This document shows positions 1 to 7,693 of a stretch of DNA of 7,708 bases, in pieces. The DNA is from a virus. Lineage: Duplodnaviria; Heunggongvirae; Uroviricota; Caudoviricetes. The notes under the pieces are model-generated. The model was not told the origin of the DNA and did not search any database. It worked only from the letters and a program-made list of their open reading frames with translations. Numbering within the stretch: the stretch's first letter is position 1; every line of letters begins with the position of its first letter. The stretch lies in IMG/VR virus record IMGVR_UViG_2663763413_000006. One strand, given 5' to 3'. The translations under genes were made by a program, and so were the position numbers.

Positions 1-296
1 GGGCCGGTAAAACCGGACTGATACAGCCACTTATCCGCAGCGTGCTGGACTCCGGGGGCTTTGCCGTGGTGTTCGACATGGGGGATGGCTACAAGTCCCT
101 GTGTGAGAACATGGGGGGCGTATATCTGGACGGTGAAACCCTGCGTTTTAACCCGTTTGCGAACATCACCGATATCGACCAGTCAGCGGAGCGTGTCCGT
201 GACCAGTTGTCAGTGATGGCCAGCCCCAACGGTAACCTGGATGAAGTGCATGAAGGTCTGCTGCTGCAGGCGGTCAGGGCCTCCTGGCTGGCCTGA
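1..296 (+). pseudogene. traC: Internal fragment of F-type conjugative transfer ATPase TraC (VirB4-family T4SS ATPase); 5' end outside window, stop TGA at 294-296
   Basis: Frame starting at nt 3 is open from the window edge and reads AGKTGLIQPLIRSVLDSGGFAVVFDMGDGYKSLCENMGGVYLDGETLRFNPFANITDIDQSAERVRDQLSVMASPNGNLDEVHEGLLLQAVRASWLA. The leading AGKT is the tail of a Walker A P-loop. The string matches my recollection of F-plasmid TraC, which continues past ...RASWLA; here a TGA follows immediately. Recognition is from memory, not a search. Confidence 0.7.
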
Positions 297-647
297 TCCT
301 TAACTGATCGGCATTACAGCCAGATGCTGGGCTTTATTGCCGAAAACTATGATCAGGCGCTGACCATCAACGATGTGGCTGAGCACGTCAAACTTAACGC
401 CAACTATGCAATGGGGATATTCCAGCGGGTCATGCAATTGACGATGAAACAGTACATTACCGCGATGCGCATCAACCACGTTCGCGCGTTACTGAGCGAT
501 ACCGATAAAAGTATTCTCGATATTGCCCTGACGGCAGGCTTTCGTTCGAGTAGCCGTTTTTACAGCACGTTCGGCAAATATGTCGGCATGTCGCCGCAAC
601 AATACCGCAAACTTAGCCAACAGCGCCGCCAGACGTTTCCCGGCTAA
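297..647 (+). pseudogene. melR: 3' portion of an AraC/XylS-family regulator (MelR-like C-terminal HTH DNA-binding domain); 5' part of the gene absent
   Basis: Same frame as the traC fragment. Translation SLTDRHYSQMLGFIAENYDQALTINDVAEHVKLNANYAMGIFQRVMQLTMKQYITAMRINHVRALLSDTDKSILDIALTAGFRSSSRFYSTFGKYVGMSPQQYRKLSQQRRQTFPG is a typical AraC-family tandem-HTH C-terminus. Position directly upstream of adiA matches the E. coli melR-adiA-adiY-adiC arrangement. Only about 115 codons are present, so the gene is 5'-truncated. Confidence 0.6.
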
Positions 648-842
648 AGACGATATCAGTATCAGCCAAAAAAATAGTTTAGCCGTCGATAATAAGCAGT
701 GAAAATAATTTAAAATAATCACATAACGTATTGTTTATAAAAATAAATATTTCAAAAATGTTTGTTTTTCACGCGCTTTACAGCCCGAAAAGGCCGGAAG
801 ATACTTGCCCGCAACGAAGATTCCTTCATAACCGGGTAAGCA
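648..842 (+). promoter_or_regulatory. AT-rich upstream control region of adiA (promoter not resolved to -35/-10)
   Basis: Strongly AT-rich intergenic tract (aaaaatagtttagcc...tttataaaaataaatatttcaaaaatg) between the regulator fragment and the adiA start at 843. No convincing sigma70 hexamer pair could be assigned by eye. Confidence 0.3.
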
Positions 843-3183
843 ATGATGAAAGTATTAATTGTTGAAAGCGAGTTTCTCCATCAAGACACCTGGGTCGGTA
901 ACGCCGTTGAGCGTCTGGCAGATGCTTTAAGCCAGCAAAATGTTACCGTGATTAAATCCACCTCCTTTGATGATGGTTTTGCCATTCTCTCTTCAAACGA
1001 AGCCATTGACTGCCTGATGTTCAGCTATCAAATGGAACATCCGGACGAACATCAAAACGTCAGACAATTGATCGGTAAGCTTCATGAGCGCCAACAAAAC
1101 GTGCCGGTCTTCCTGTTGGGCGATCGGGAAAAAGCCCTCGCCGCAATGGACCGGGATCTGCTGGAGCTTGTCGATGAATTCGCCTGGATTCTGGAAGATA
1201 CCGCCGACTTTATCGCCGGACGCGCCGTTGCCGCGATGACCCGCTACCGCCAGCAGCTATTGCCGCCACTGTTCAGCGCGCTGATGAAATATAGCGACAT
1301 CCATGAATATTCCTGGGCAGCGCCAGGCCACCAGGGCGGCGTTGGTTTTACCAAAACACCCGCCGGACGTTTCTACCATGACTATTATGGTGAAAATCTG
1401 TTCCGCACCGACATGGGTATCGAACGCACTTCCCTCGGTTCTTTGCTTGACCATACTGGCGCATTTGGCGAAAGCGAAAGATATGCCGCACGCGTATTTG
1501 GTGCCGATCGCTCCTGGTCGGTAGTCGTCGGTACTTCCGGCTCTAACCGCACCATCATGCAGGCTTGCATGACCGATAACGAGATAGTAGGTCGGTGACC
1601 GTAACTGCCAGAAATCCATCGAAAAAGCCATAAAGCCAACAAACAAGAAACCAGGCTAACAGGCGCGAAACCGGTCTACATGGTGCCAAGCCGCAACCGC
1701 TACGGCATTATCGGGCCAATCTATCCGCAGGAAATGCAACCTGAAACCTTGCAGAAGAAAATCAATGAAAGCCCGCTGACCAAAGACAAAGCCGGGCAAA
1801 AACCGTCTTACTGCGTGGTGACCAACTGCACCTATGACGGCGTGTGTTATAACGCTAAAGAAGCACAGGATCTGCTGGAAAAAACCTCCGATCGTCTGCA
1901 CTCTGACGAAGCACTGGTACGGCTATGAACGTTCCAACCCGATCCATGCCGATCACGAGCCATGCGACAGCTCTATGCCGATCAACCCGATCTATGCCGA
2001 TCACTATGCCATGCGCGGCGAACCTGGCGATCACAACGGTCCTACCGTTTTCGCCACCCACTCCACCCACAAACTGCTGAATGCGCTGTCACAGGCCTCT
2101 TATATTCATGTACGTGAAGGTCGTGGGGCGATTAACTTCTCCCGCTTCAACCAGGCCTACATGATGCATGCCACCACCTCCCCGCTGTATGCCATCTGCG
2201 CATCCAACGACGTGGCGGTGTCGATGATGGACGGCAACAGCGGCCTGTCACTGACCCAGGAAGTGATCGACGAAGCGGTTGATTTCCGTCAGGCGATGGC
2301 GCGGCTATATAAAGAGTTCACCGCTGACGGTAGCTGGTTCTTCAAACCGTGGAACAAAGAAGTCGTCACCGACCCACAAACCGGCAAAACCTATGACTTT
2401 GCTGACGCACCAACCAAACTGCTGACCACCGTTCAGGACTGCTGGGTCATGCATCCGGGCGAAAGCTGGCACGGCTTCAAAGATATTCCGGATAACTGGA
2501 GTATGCTCGACCCGATTAAAGTCAGCATCCTTGCTCCGGGAATGGGTGAAGATGGTGAACTGGAAGAAACCGGTGTTCCGGCGGCGCTGGTCACAGCCTG
2601 GCTTGGTCGCCACGGCATTGTGCCTACCCGTACCACTGACTTCCAGATTATGTTCCTGTTCTCTATGGGCGTGACCCGTGGGAAATGGGGGACTCTGGTT
2701 AACACCCTTTGCTCCTTCAAACGCCACTATGATGCCAACACACCGCTGGCGCAGGTGATGCCGGAACTTGTTGAACAATATCCTGACACTTACGCGAACA
2801 TGGGGATTCACGATCTGGGTGACACCATGTTTGCCTGGCTGAAAGAAAACAACCCTGGCGCACGGTTGAATGAAGCCTATTCCGGCCTACCGGTGGCGGA
2901 AATCACCCCGCGTGAAGCGTACAACGCGATTGTCGACAACAATGTCGAACTGGTATCCATTGAAAATCTGCCAGGACGTATCGCGGCAAACTCAGTTATC
3001 CCGTATCCGCCAGGAATCCCGATGCTGCTGTCTGGTGAAAACTTCGGCGATAAAAACAGTCCGCAAGTAAGTTATTTACGCTCGCTGCAATCCTGGGACC
3101 ATCATTTCCCTGGATTTGAACACGAAACAGAAGGGACAGAAATTATTGACGGTATTTACCACGTTATGTGTGTGAAAGCGTAA
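843..3183 (+). pseudogene. adiA: Biodegradative (acid-inducible) arginine decarboxylase AdiA, reading frame broken into three ORFs (843-1598, 1680-1928, 1834-3183)
   Basis: N-terminus MMKVLIVESEFLHQDTWVGNAVERLADALSQQNVTVIKSTSF... and C-terminus ...GTEIIDGIYHVMCVKA match E. coli AdiA as I recall it. In-frame stops TGA 1596-1598 and TAA 1602-1604 lie in a scrambled segment 1581-1658, after which frame 0 resumes (TGAKPVYMVPSRNRYG). A +1 shift near 1911-1916 moves the native reading to frame 1 (WYGY...). A 48-bp in-frame insertion at about 1936-1983 is a diverged partial copy of the following sequence. Confidence 0.85.
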
Positions 3184-3199
3184 CCACTATTCCGCTGAA

Positions 3200-3226
3200 G
3201 GCGTAATTGTTAAATAACATTACGCC
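3200..3226. other. 27-nt near-perfect palindrome (hairpin-capable) immediately downstream of the adiA stop
   Basis: ggcgtaat tgttaaataac attacgcc: 8-bp perfect outer stem (3200-3207 with 3219-3226), a further 4 bp after one mismatch. No T-run follows, so it is not a canonical intrinsic terminator. Confidence 0.4.
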
Positions 3227-3300
3227 GCCTGGCTTGAGGCCTTTTAAGTATGGCAACGTTTTCATAAAAATTGCTGCAAACAAAAAATGTCATGCTTTTT

Positions 3301-3328
3301 GCGCGGTCCCACCCCGCGCTTTTTTTTG
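3301..3328 (+). terminator. Rho-independent terminator between adiA and adiY
   Basis: GC-rich stem gcgcgg (3301-3306) pairing with ccgcgc (3314-3319), 7-nt loop tcccacc, followed directly by a run of 8 T (3320-3327). Confidence 0.6.
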
Positions 3329-3518
3329 CCTGTTATTTATCCTTTTTTTAGCCTGTAAAAAAATATGTACATGAGAAATTACTATAAAAATTTGTAATAT
3401 TAGTAAAACTCGTTATTTTTATGCATGTTTATATTCATCATACAATTATATAACCATTTCCCGGTATCGCTTCGCTTTAGCGAGAACTGGTCTTTTATTC
3501 GCACTCAGGAGTACATGT

Positions 3519-4443
3519 ATGAGGATTTGCAGCGACCAACCTTGTATTGTTTTATTGACTGAAAAAGATGTCTGGATAAGGGTGAATGGGAAAGAACCTA
3601 TTAGCCTTAAAGCTAACCACATGGCGTTATTAAATTGTGAAAATAATATTATCGACGTCTCCTCTCTTAATAACACTTTGGTTGCTCATATTAGTCACGA
3701 CATCATCAAAGATTACCTCCGGTTTCTGAATAAAGATCTCTCGCAAATACCAGTATGGCAACGTAGCGCTACGCCCATCCTCACCCTTCCATGCCTGACG
3801 CCAGACGTCTTTCGCGTTGCCGCGCAGCATAGCATGATGCCCGCTGAAACTGAGTCAGAAAAGGAACGAACACGTGCATTATTATTCACTGTGCTATCCC
3901 GTTTTCTCGACAGTAAAAAATTCCTTTCACTAATGATGTATATGTTTCACTAATGATGTATATGTTACGTAATTGTGTAAGTGACAGCGTTTATCAAATT
4001 GTGTAAGTGACAGCGTTTATCAAATTATTGAAAGCGAAATCCACAAAGACTGGAATCTTAGTATGCCAGCAAGAGACTGGAATCTTAGTATGGTAGCCAG
4101 TTTGGAATCTTAGTATGGTAGCCAGTTGATGATGTCTCAGCCCAAGTCTGTTAAAGAAAAAGCTGAAAAGCGAAAACACCAGTTATAGCCAAATAATCAC
4201 CACCTGCCGCATGCGTTATGCCGTAAATGAATTAATGATGGACGGTAAAAATATTTAATAATGGACGGTAAAAATATCTCTCAGGTACGCTAAAAATATC
4301 TCACAGGTATCACAGTCCTGCGGCTACAACAGTACGTCGTACTTTATTTCTGTCCTTAAAGACTTATACGGTATGACGCCGCTGCATAAGGTATGACGCC
4401 GCTGCATTATGTTAGTCAGCACAGAGAACGCACTGTCGCCTGA
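3519..4443 (+). pseudogene. adiY: AraC-family activator AdiY, disrupted by multiple short tandem duplications and in-frame stops
   Basis: ORF 3519-3953 reads MRICSDQPCIVLLTEKDVWIRVNGKEPISLKANHMALLNCENNIIDVSSLNN..., matching recalled E. coli AdiY, then terminates early at TAA 3951-3953 inside a duplicated segment. Downstream sequence still encodes AdiY-like peptides in shifting frames (e.g. [56 protein letters not shown]) up to the native-looking stop TGA 4441-4443. Good RBS aggag 8 nt upstream of the ATG. Confidence 0.8.
3925..4409 (+). repeat. Cluster of short direct tandem duplications inside adiY
   Basis: Read directly: tttcactaatgatgtatatg x2 (3925-3944, 3945-3964); attgtgtaagtgacagcgtttatcaa x2 (3972-3997, 3998-4023); gactggaatcttagtatg(gtagccagtt) in three overlapping copies (4048-4065, 4075-4102, 4103-4127); atggacggtaaaaatat x2 (4238-4254, 4261-4277) with a third partial copy near 4291-4310; ggtatgacgccgctgcat x2 (4370-4387, 4390-4407). 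Confidence 0.85.
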
Positions 4444-4579
4444 TTTTTAACCTTAACGAAGAGCTATATTAATAACGGCATCAGCGATAACCCGGCCGAT
4501 AATAATTCAACTATCGAATGCAGGCGTATGATATGACGTAATTTATTGTCACGAAGCTCGCCTTCGCAGGAGTTTAATT

Positions 4580-5163
<584 letters not shown>

Positions 5164-5164
5164 T

Positions 5165-5242
<78 letters not shown>

Positions 5243-5251
5243 TTGCAGATA

Positions 5252-5641
5252 TTACTCTTTTTTCTCCGTATCTGCATCGGGTTCATCAGCAAATAGCTTG
5301 CCCTGCATCCGATCCAGTTCTTCTTTTCTTACCCGCTTAACCACGCTGTAGACCCACTGAAGCGAAACACCAAATTTGCGGGCCAGTTCGTGGTGGTTGC
5401 GTCCGTTAAACTCCCTGAAGATTTCCCGGTCGCGCTGACTGACCTTCCATACCATGCCCATCGGGAAATAAACGTTTTGCCCGCCCCAGACCTGCATCAT
5501 TCGGTTCGCGACGGCCTGACCAATCTGGTCGGCAACTTCGGGCTCAATATCAATAATCTCGCGAACGGTCTCAGAGGTATGCTGTGCCAGTTCCACCAGG
5601 AGTTCCGGCCCCTTACTTCGAAACTGATTCAGGTCGCTCAT
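5252..5641 (-). CDS. mor: Mor-like middle-operon transcriptional activator (Mu gp17 family)
   Basis: 129 aa. C-terminal region ...GGQNVYFPMGMVWKVSQRDREIFREFNGRNHHELARKFGVSLQWVYSVVKRVRK resembles the conserved Mor/C-family HTH region of phage Mu Mor as I recall it (...FNGRN..EL...YG......VY...RR.R). Start overlaps the upstream gemA-like gene by 29 nt. Confidence 0.7.
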   Translation of the reverse strand: MSDLNQFRSKGPELLVELAQHTSETVREIIDIEPEVADQIGQAVANRMMQVWGGQNVYFPMGMVWKVSQRDREIFREFNGRNHHELARKFGVSLQWVYSVVKRVRKEELDRMQGKLFADEPDADTEKKE

Positions 5642-6062
5642 GTTTGACTCCCGCAGCTCTGCGCTGCCACTTCTTCAGTTTCTCAATAACACTGCTTGCC
5701 TGTTCAGTACTGAGCCAGCGCAGGGCGCTGATGCCCGTTTCCCGCTTGATCCACCTCGCTAATGCATTTTCTGAACGGTCACGAACAATGCCGGCAGCAG
5801 CCATTTCAAGCCATAGCGCACGAATTTTCCTGGACTGCGGATGGTTATCAAGCGGTAAACCGGAGCTGGCTTTTCTGGCTGGTTTAACGCGAAAGCCTTT
5901 CTTTTTCATGGATTCCAGCACGCAGTTTAGTTGTGTGGTATCCATTCCTTTGGTTGAGGCTTTACCGGTCAGCCCCTGTAACATCTGGCGGTAGGTGTCT
6001 TCATCCATACCCAGTTCATTACGGGCAATATGGATAAGCTGTATCAGGCGTTTTTTCTGCAT
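5613..6062 (-). CDS. gemA: GemA-like protein (Mu gp16 / DUF1018 family)
   Basis: 149 aa, MQKKRLIQLIHIARNELGMDEDTYRQMLQGLTGKASTKGMDTTQLNCVLESMKKKGFR...KIRALWLEMAAAG... matches the GemA family pattern recalled from Mu-like prophage annotations. Lies immediately upstream of mor as in phage Mu. RBS ggag upstream of ATG at 6062. Confidence 0.65.
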   Translation of the reverse strand: MQKKRLIQLIHIARNELGMDEDTYRQMLQGLTGKASTKGMDTTQLNCVLESMKKKGFRVKPARKASSGLPLDNHPQSRKIRALWLEMAAAGIVRDRSENALARWIKRETGISALRWLSTEQASSVIEKLKKWQRRAAGVKHERPESVSK

Positions 6063-6063
6063 A

Positions 6064-6270
6064 TCATCTCCTTTTTTTCAGTCTGTCGGCAACAATGTCG
6101 GTTGCAGCTGGCAGGGTGACTGGCCAGAACAACATGACGGCGGTCATGTACAGGATGTAATGCGCGGTGTCGTAGTGCCTGCCATAGCCCAGGGAACGAT
6201 GAAGTCTTGCGCTGCATGATCCTGCGTACATATACCAGAAAAGAAAACAGACAATGGTTTCAGTAGTCAT
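6064..6270 (-). CDS. Small hydrophobic (putative membrane) protein, 68 aa, unknown function
   Basis: Internal start of the 6064-6426 ORF: ATG at 6270-6268 preceded by ggagg about 10 nt upstream. MTTETIVCFLFWYMYAGSCSARLHRSLGYGRHYDTAHYILYMTAVMLFWPVTLPAATDIVADRLKKRR has two hydrophobic segments. Start overlaps the stop of the upstream gene; the stop is 1 nt from the gemA start. Confidence 0.4.
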   Translation of the reverse strand: MTTETIVCFLFWYMYAGSCSARLHRSLGYGRHYDTAHYILYMTAVMLFWPVTLPAATDIVADRLKKRR

Positions 6271-6490
6271 TCTGAATACCTCCCCATTCGATATGAATAT
6301 TACGGGCAGCAATGACAGGGTCGTTATTCCACCATGCACCTGACATGTATTTTTCAACCTGTTCGCGTCCGGCAATAACACCAATTGTGATCCCCGGCCT
6401 GACGTTCTTAAAAAAGGCGCGGGCAAAAAGGTATCTGGCAGATATTCGGCAGGCTTTTAATTTCCGGCTTTTACCTGATAGCGTAATCAT
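6260..6490 (-). CDS. Hypothetical phage protein, 76 aa
   Basis: ORF with ATG overlapping the TGA of the upstream DUF2786-like gene (ATGA at 6487-6490, minus strand), consistent with translational coupling in a phage operon. No family recognised. Confidence 0.4.
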   Translation of the reverse strand: MITLSGKSRKLKACRISARYLFARAFFKNVRPGITIGVIAGREQVEKYMSGAWWNNDPVIAARNIHIEWGGIQNDY

Positions 6491-7170
6491 CTGGCCTCCA
6501 GTTTCTGTTGTTCCTGCCCACTGACCGGGCGGTGCAGTCTGACGTTCTGCCCTTCACGAAACCCCGCATAGCGCGAGGCGTCGCCATTGCGGCTTCTTCC
6601 CGGTTTACGCGCCCTGGTGGTTTGCGTCTGCGGGTATTTATGTTCCAGCCACTGCTGCATCAGTTCACGCTCATCATCGGTCAGGGCAAAGGACTGTATT
6701 TCACTGATAACGGCCAGCACCCAGCCTTCGGCAAACTGGTCTCCACGGCTGGTGCGGGTGGCGGTTTTTATTCTTTTGTTCTGTGCACTGATATACTGCT
6801 GACGCGCCTTTTTCAGCTGACGGGCCAGCACTTCCCAGGTGTATGCAGCCAGTGCCGCACGTTCCCGGTTGCCGTAGAACCCCACAGACGGATGCGTGCC
6901 GGGGTGAATGATGGAGTTAACACCAAATACCTCGCGGATGATGTTCATCAGGCCCAGCATGTAGCGCGGTGGACGGAGACTGCCTGTCGGCCAGTAGTGA
7001 CTGATGGTTTCATCAATATCACTCATAGCAATGTCGGAATGTGTGATGCCGTGAACATCCATCAGTTTACGGGCTCGGCGCAGTGCCAGAGCGGCCTCGT
7101 GCGGGTTGCCGGATGCGGCCAGCGCCAGCAACTTTTTCAGTTTCTCAATGTGTTTATTCTGGTCTGTCAT
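6487..7170 (-). CDS. DUF2786-like phage protein (227 aa from ATG 7170; the six-frame ORF extends to 7206)
   Basis: N-terminus MTDQNKHIEKLKKLLALAASGNPHEAALALRRARKLMDVHG resembles the DUF2786 signature (EKI.KLLALA.S.N..EA..A...A..LM) common in prophage early regions. The ATG at 7170 overlaps the TGA of the upstream gene (ATGA) and has ggag about 11 nt upstream, so I prefer it over the 7206 start. Confidence 0.55.
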   Translation of the reverse strand: MTDQNKHIEKLKKLLALAASGNPHEAALALRRARKLMDVHGITHSDIAMSDIDETISHYWPTGSLRPPRYMLGLMNIIREVFGVNSIIHPGTHPSVGFYGNRERAALAAYTWEVLARQLKKARQQYISAQNKRIKTATRTSRGDQFAEGWVLAVISEIQSFALTDDERELMQQWLEHKYPQTQTTRARKPGRSRNGDASRYAGFREGQNVRLHRPVSGQEQQKLEAR

Positions 7171-7382
7171 TGTTCTGTATCTCCGGTATTTTTCTGCCGT
7201 TTCCATGCCCGGACAGCGTCGGACAGCTCTTTCAGGCTGTATGCTGCTTTAAGCTTTTCCCATAACCACTGTGTTGTTATGTGCATCAGCAGGGCAGCCA
7301 GGGCTGCCCCCGCACTGAGGCATGTCGCCAGGCCAGTAAGAATCAGTGTCCATGCGGTGATTTCCCTGAGTATGTCAGCCAT
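7167..7382 (-). CDS. Small putative membrane protein, 71 aa, unknown function
   Basis: MADILREITAWTLILTGLATCLSAGAALAALLMHITTQWLWEKLKAAYSLKELSDAVRAWKRQKNTGDTEQ has one clear hydrophobic helix. RBS gggagg 8 nt upstream of the ATG; stop overlaps the start of the downstream gene. Confidence 0.4.
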   Translation of the reverse strand: MADILREITAWTLILTGLATCLSAGAALAALLMHITTQWLWEKLKAAYSLKELSDAVRAWKRQKNTGDTEQ

Positions 7383-7396
7383 TGAATGCCTCCCGG

Positions 7397-7693
7397 TTAC
7401 TCGTTCGTGTAAATCACGCCCAGTCGTGCAGCCAGACGTTCCAGTTTTTTCTGTTTGTGGAAGTCAATCAGCCGGTCCATCCCCTGAAGGCGCAGTTGCT
7501 CTGTCATGATTTCCACGTCTGCCAGCTCTGCCGCGAGGTCACTTTCGCTGCCCTGTCCGTTCAGGTTGCGGGCGGCACTGGCCGCCAGTTCAGCGGCCTC
7601 TTCTGCCAGTTTCAGGGCCTGTGCGTCCGGCCCGAAACGCTGCAGGGCCAGACGGTAGAGGGCGGTGCGGGTGAGTTCGGTGTTTCGTGTCAT
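7397..7693 (-). CDS. Small MazG-like all-alpha nucleotide pyrophosphohydrolase-type protein, 98 aa (motif-based call)
   Basis: Contains E31-x3-E35 (LAEEAAELAAS), then 20 residues later E56-x2-D59 (AAELADVEIM), matching the MazG/HisE-type metal-binding signature E-x3-E ... E-x2-D. RBS gaggg upstream of ATG at 7693. Inferred from motif only. Confidence 0.5.
   Translation of the reverse strand: MTRNTELTRTALYRLALQRFGPDAQALKLAEEAAELAASAARNLNGQGSESDLAAELADVEIMTEQLRLQGMDRLIDFHKQKKLERLAARLGVIYTNE

Noticed and set aside
285-330. IS element or transposon end at the traC/melR junction
   Set aside because: No terminal inverted repeats, no transposase ORF and no target-site duplication are visible; the joint is a simple abutment.
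489-722. 77-aa ORF on the minus strand over the melR fragment
   Set aside because: Antisense to a recognisable AraC-family HTH coding region and runs into AT-rich intergenic DNA; no supporting signals.
2305-2811. 168-aa and 95-aa ORFs on the minus strand inside adiA
   Set aside because: Entirely antisense to the well-supported adiA coding sequence; no independent evidence such as RBS or domain-like sequence.
3925-4409. Possible CRISPR array or minisatellite, given the many short direct repeats
   Set aside because: Each repeat is an adjacent duplication of the local adiY coding sequence with a different unit each time. There is no shared repeat consensus, no regularly sized unique spacers and no cas genes.
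5584-6219. 136-aa and 74-aa ORFs on the + strand
   Set aside because: Antisense to the gemA-like and mor-like genes; shadow ORFs.
6508-7509. 333-aa ORF on the + strand
   Set aside because: It runs antisense across three minus-strand genes that have RBSs, stop-start coupling and recognisable family features. Its product is low-complexity and R/A/G-rich, typical of a shadow ORF in GC-rich coding DNA, and no RBS precedes it.
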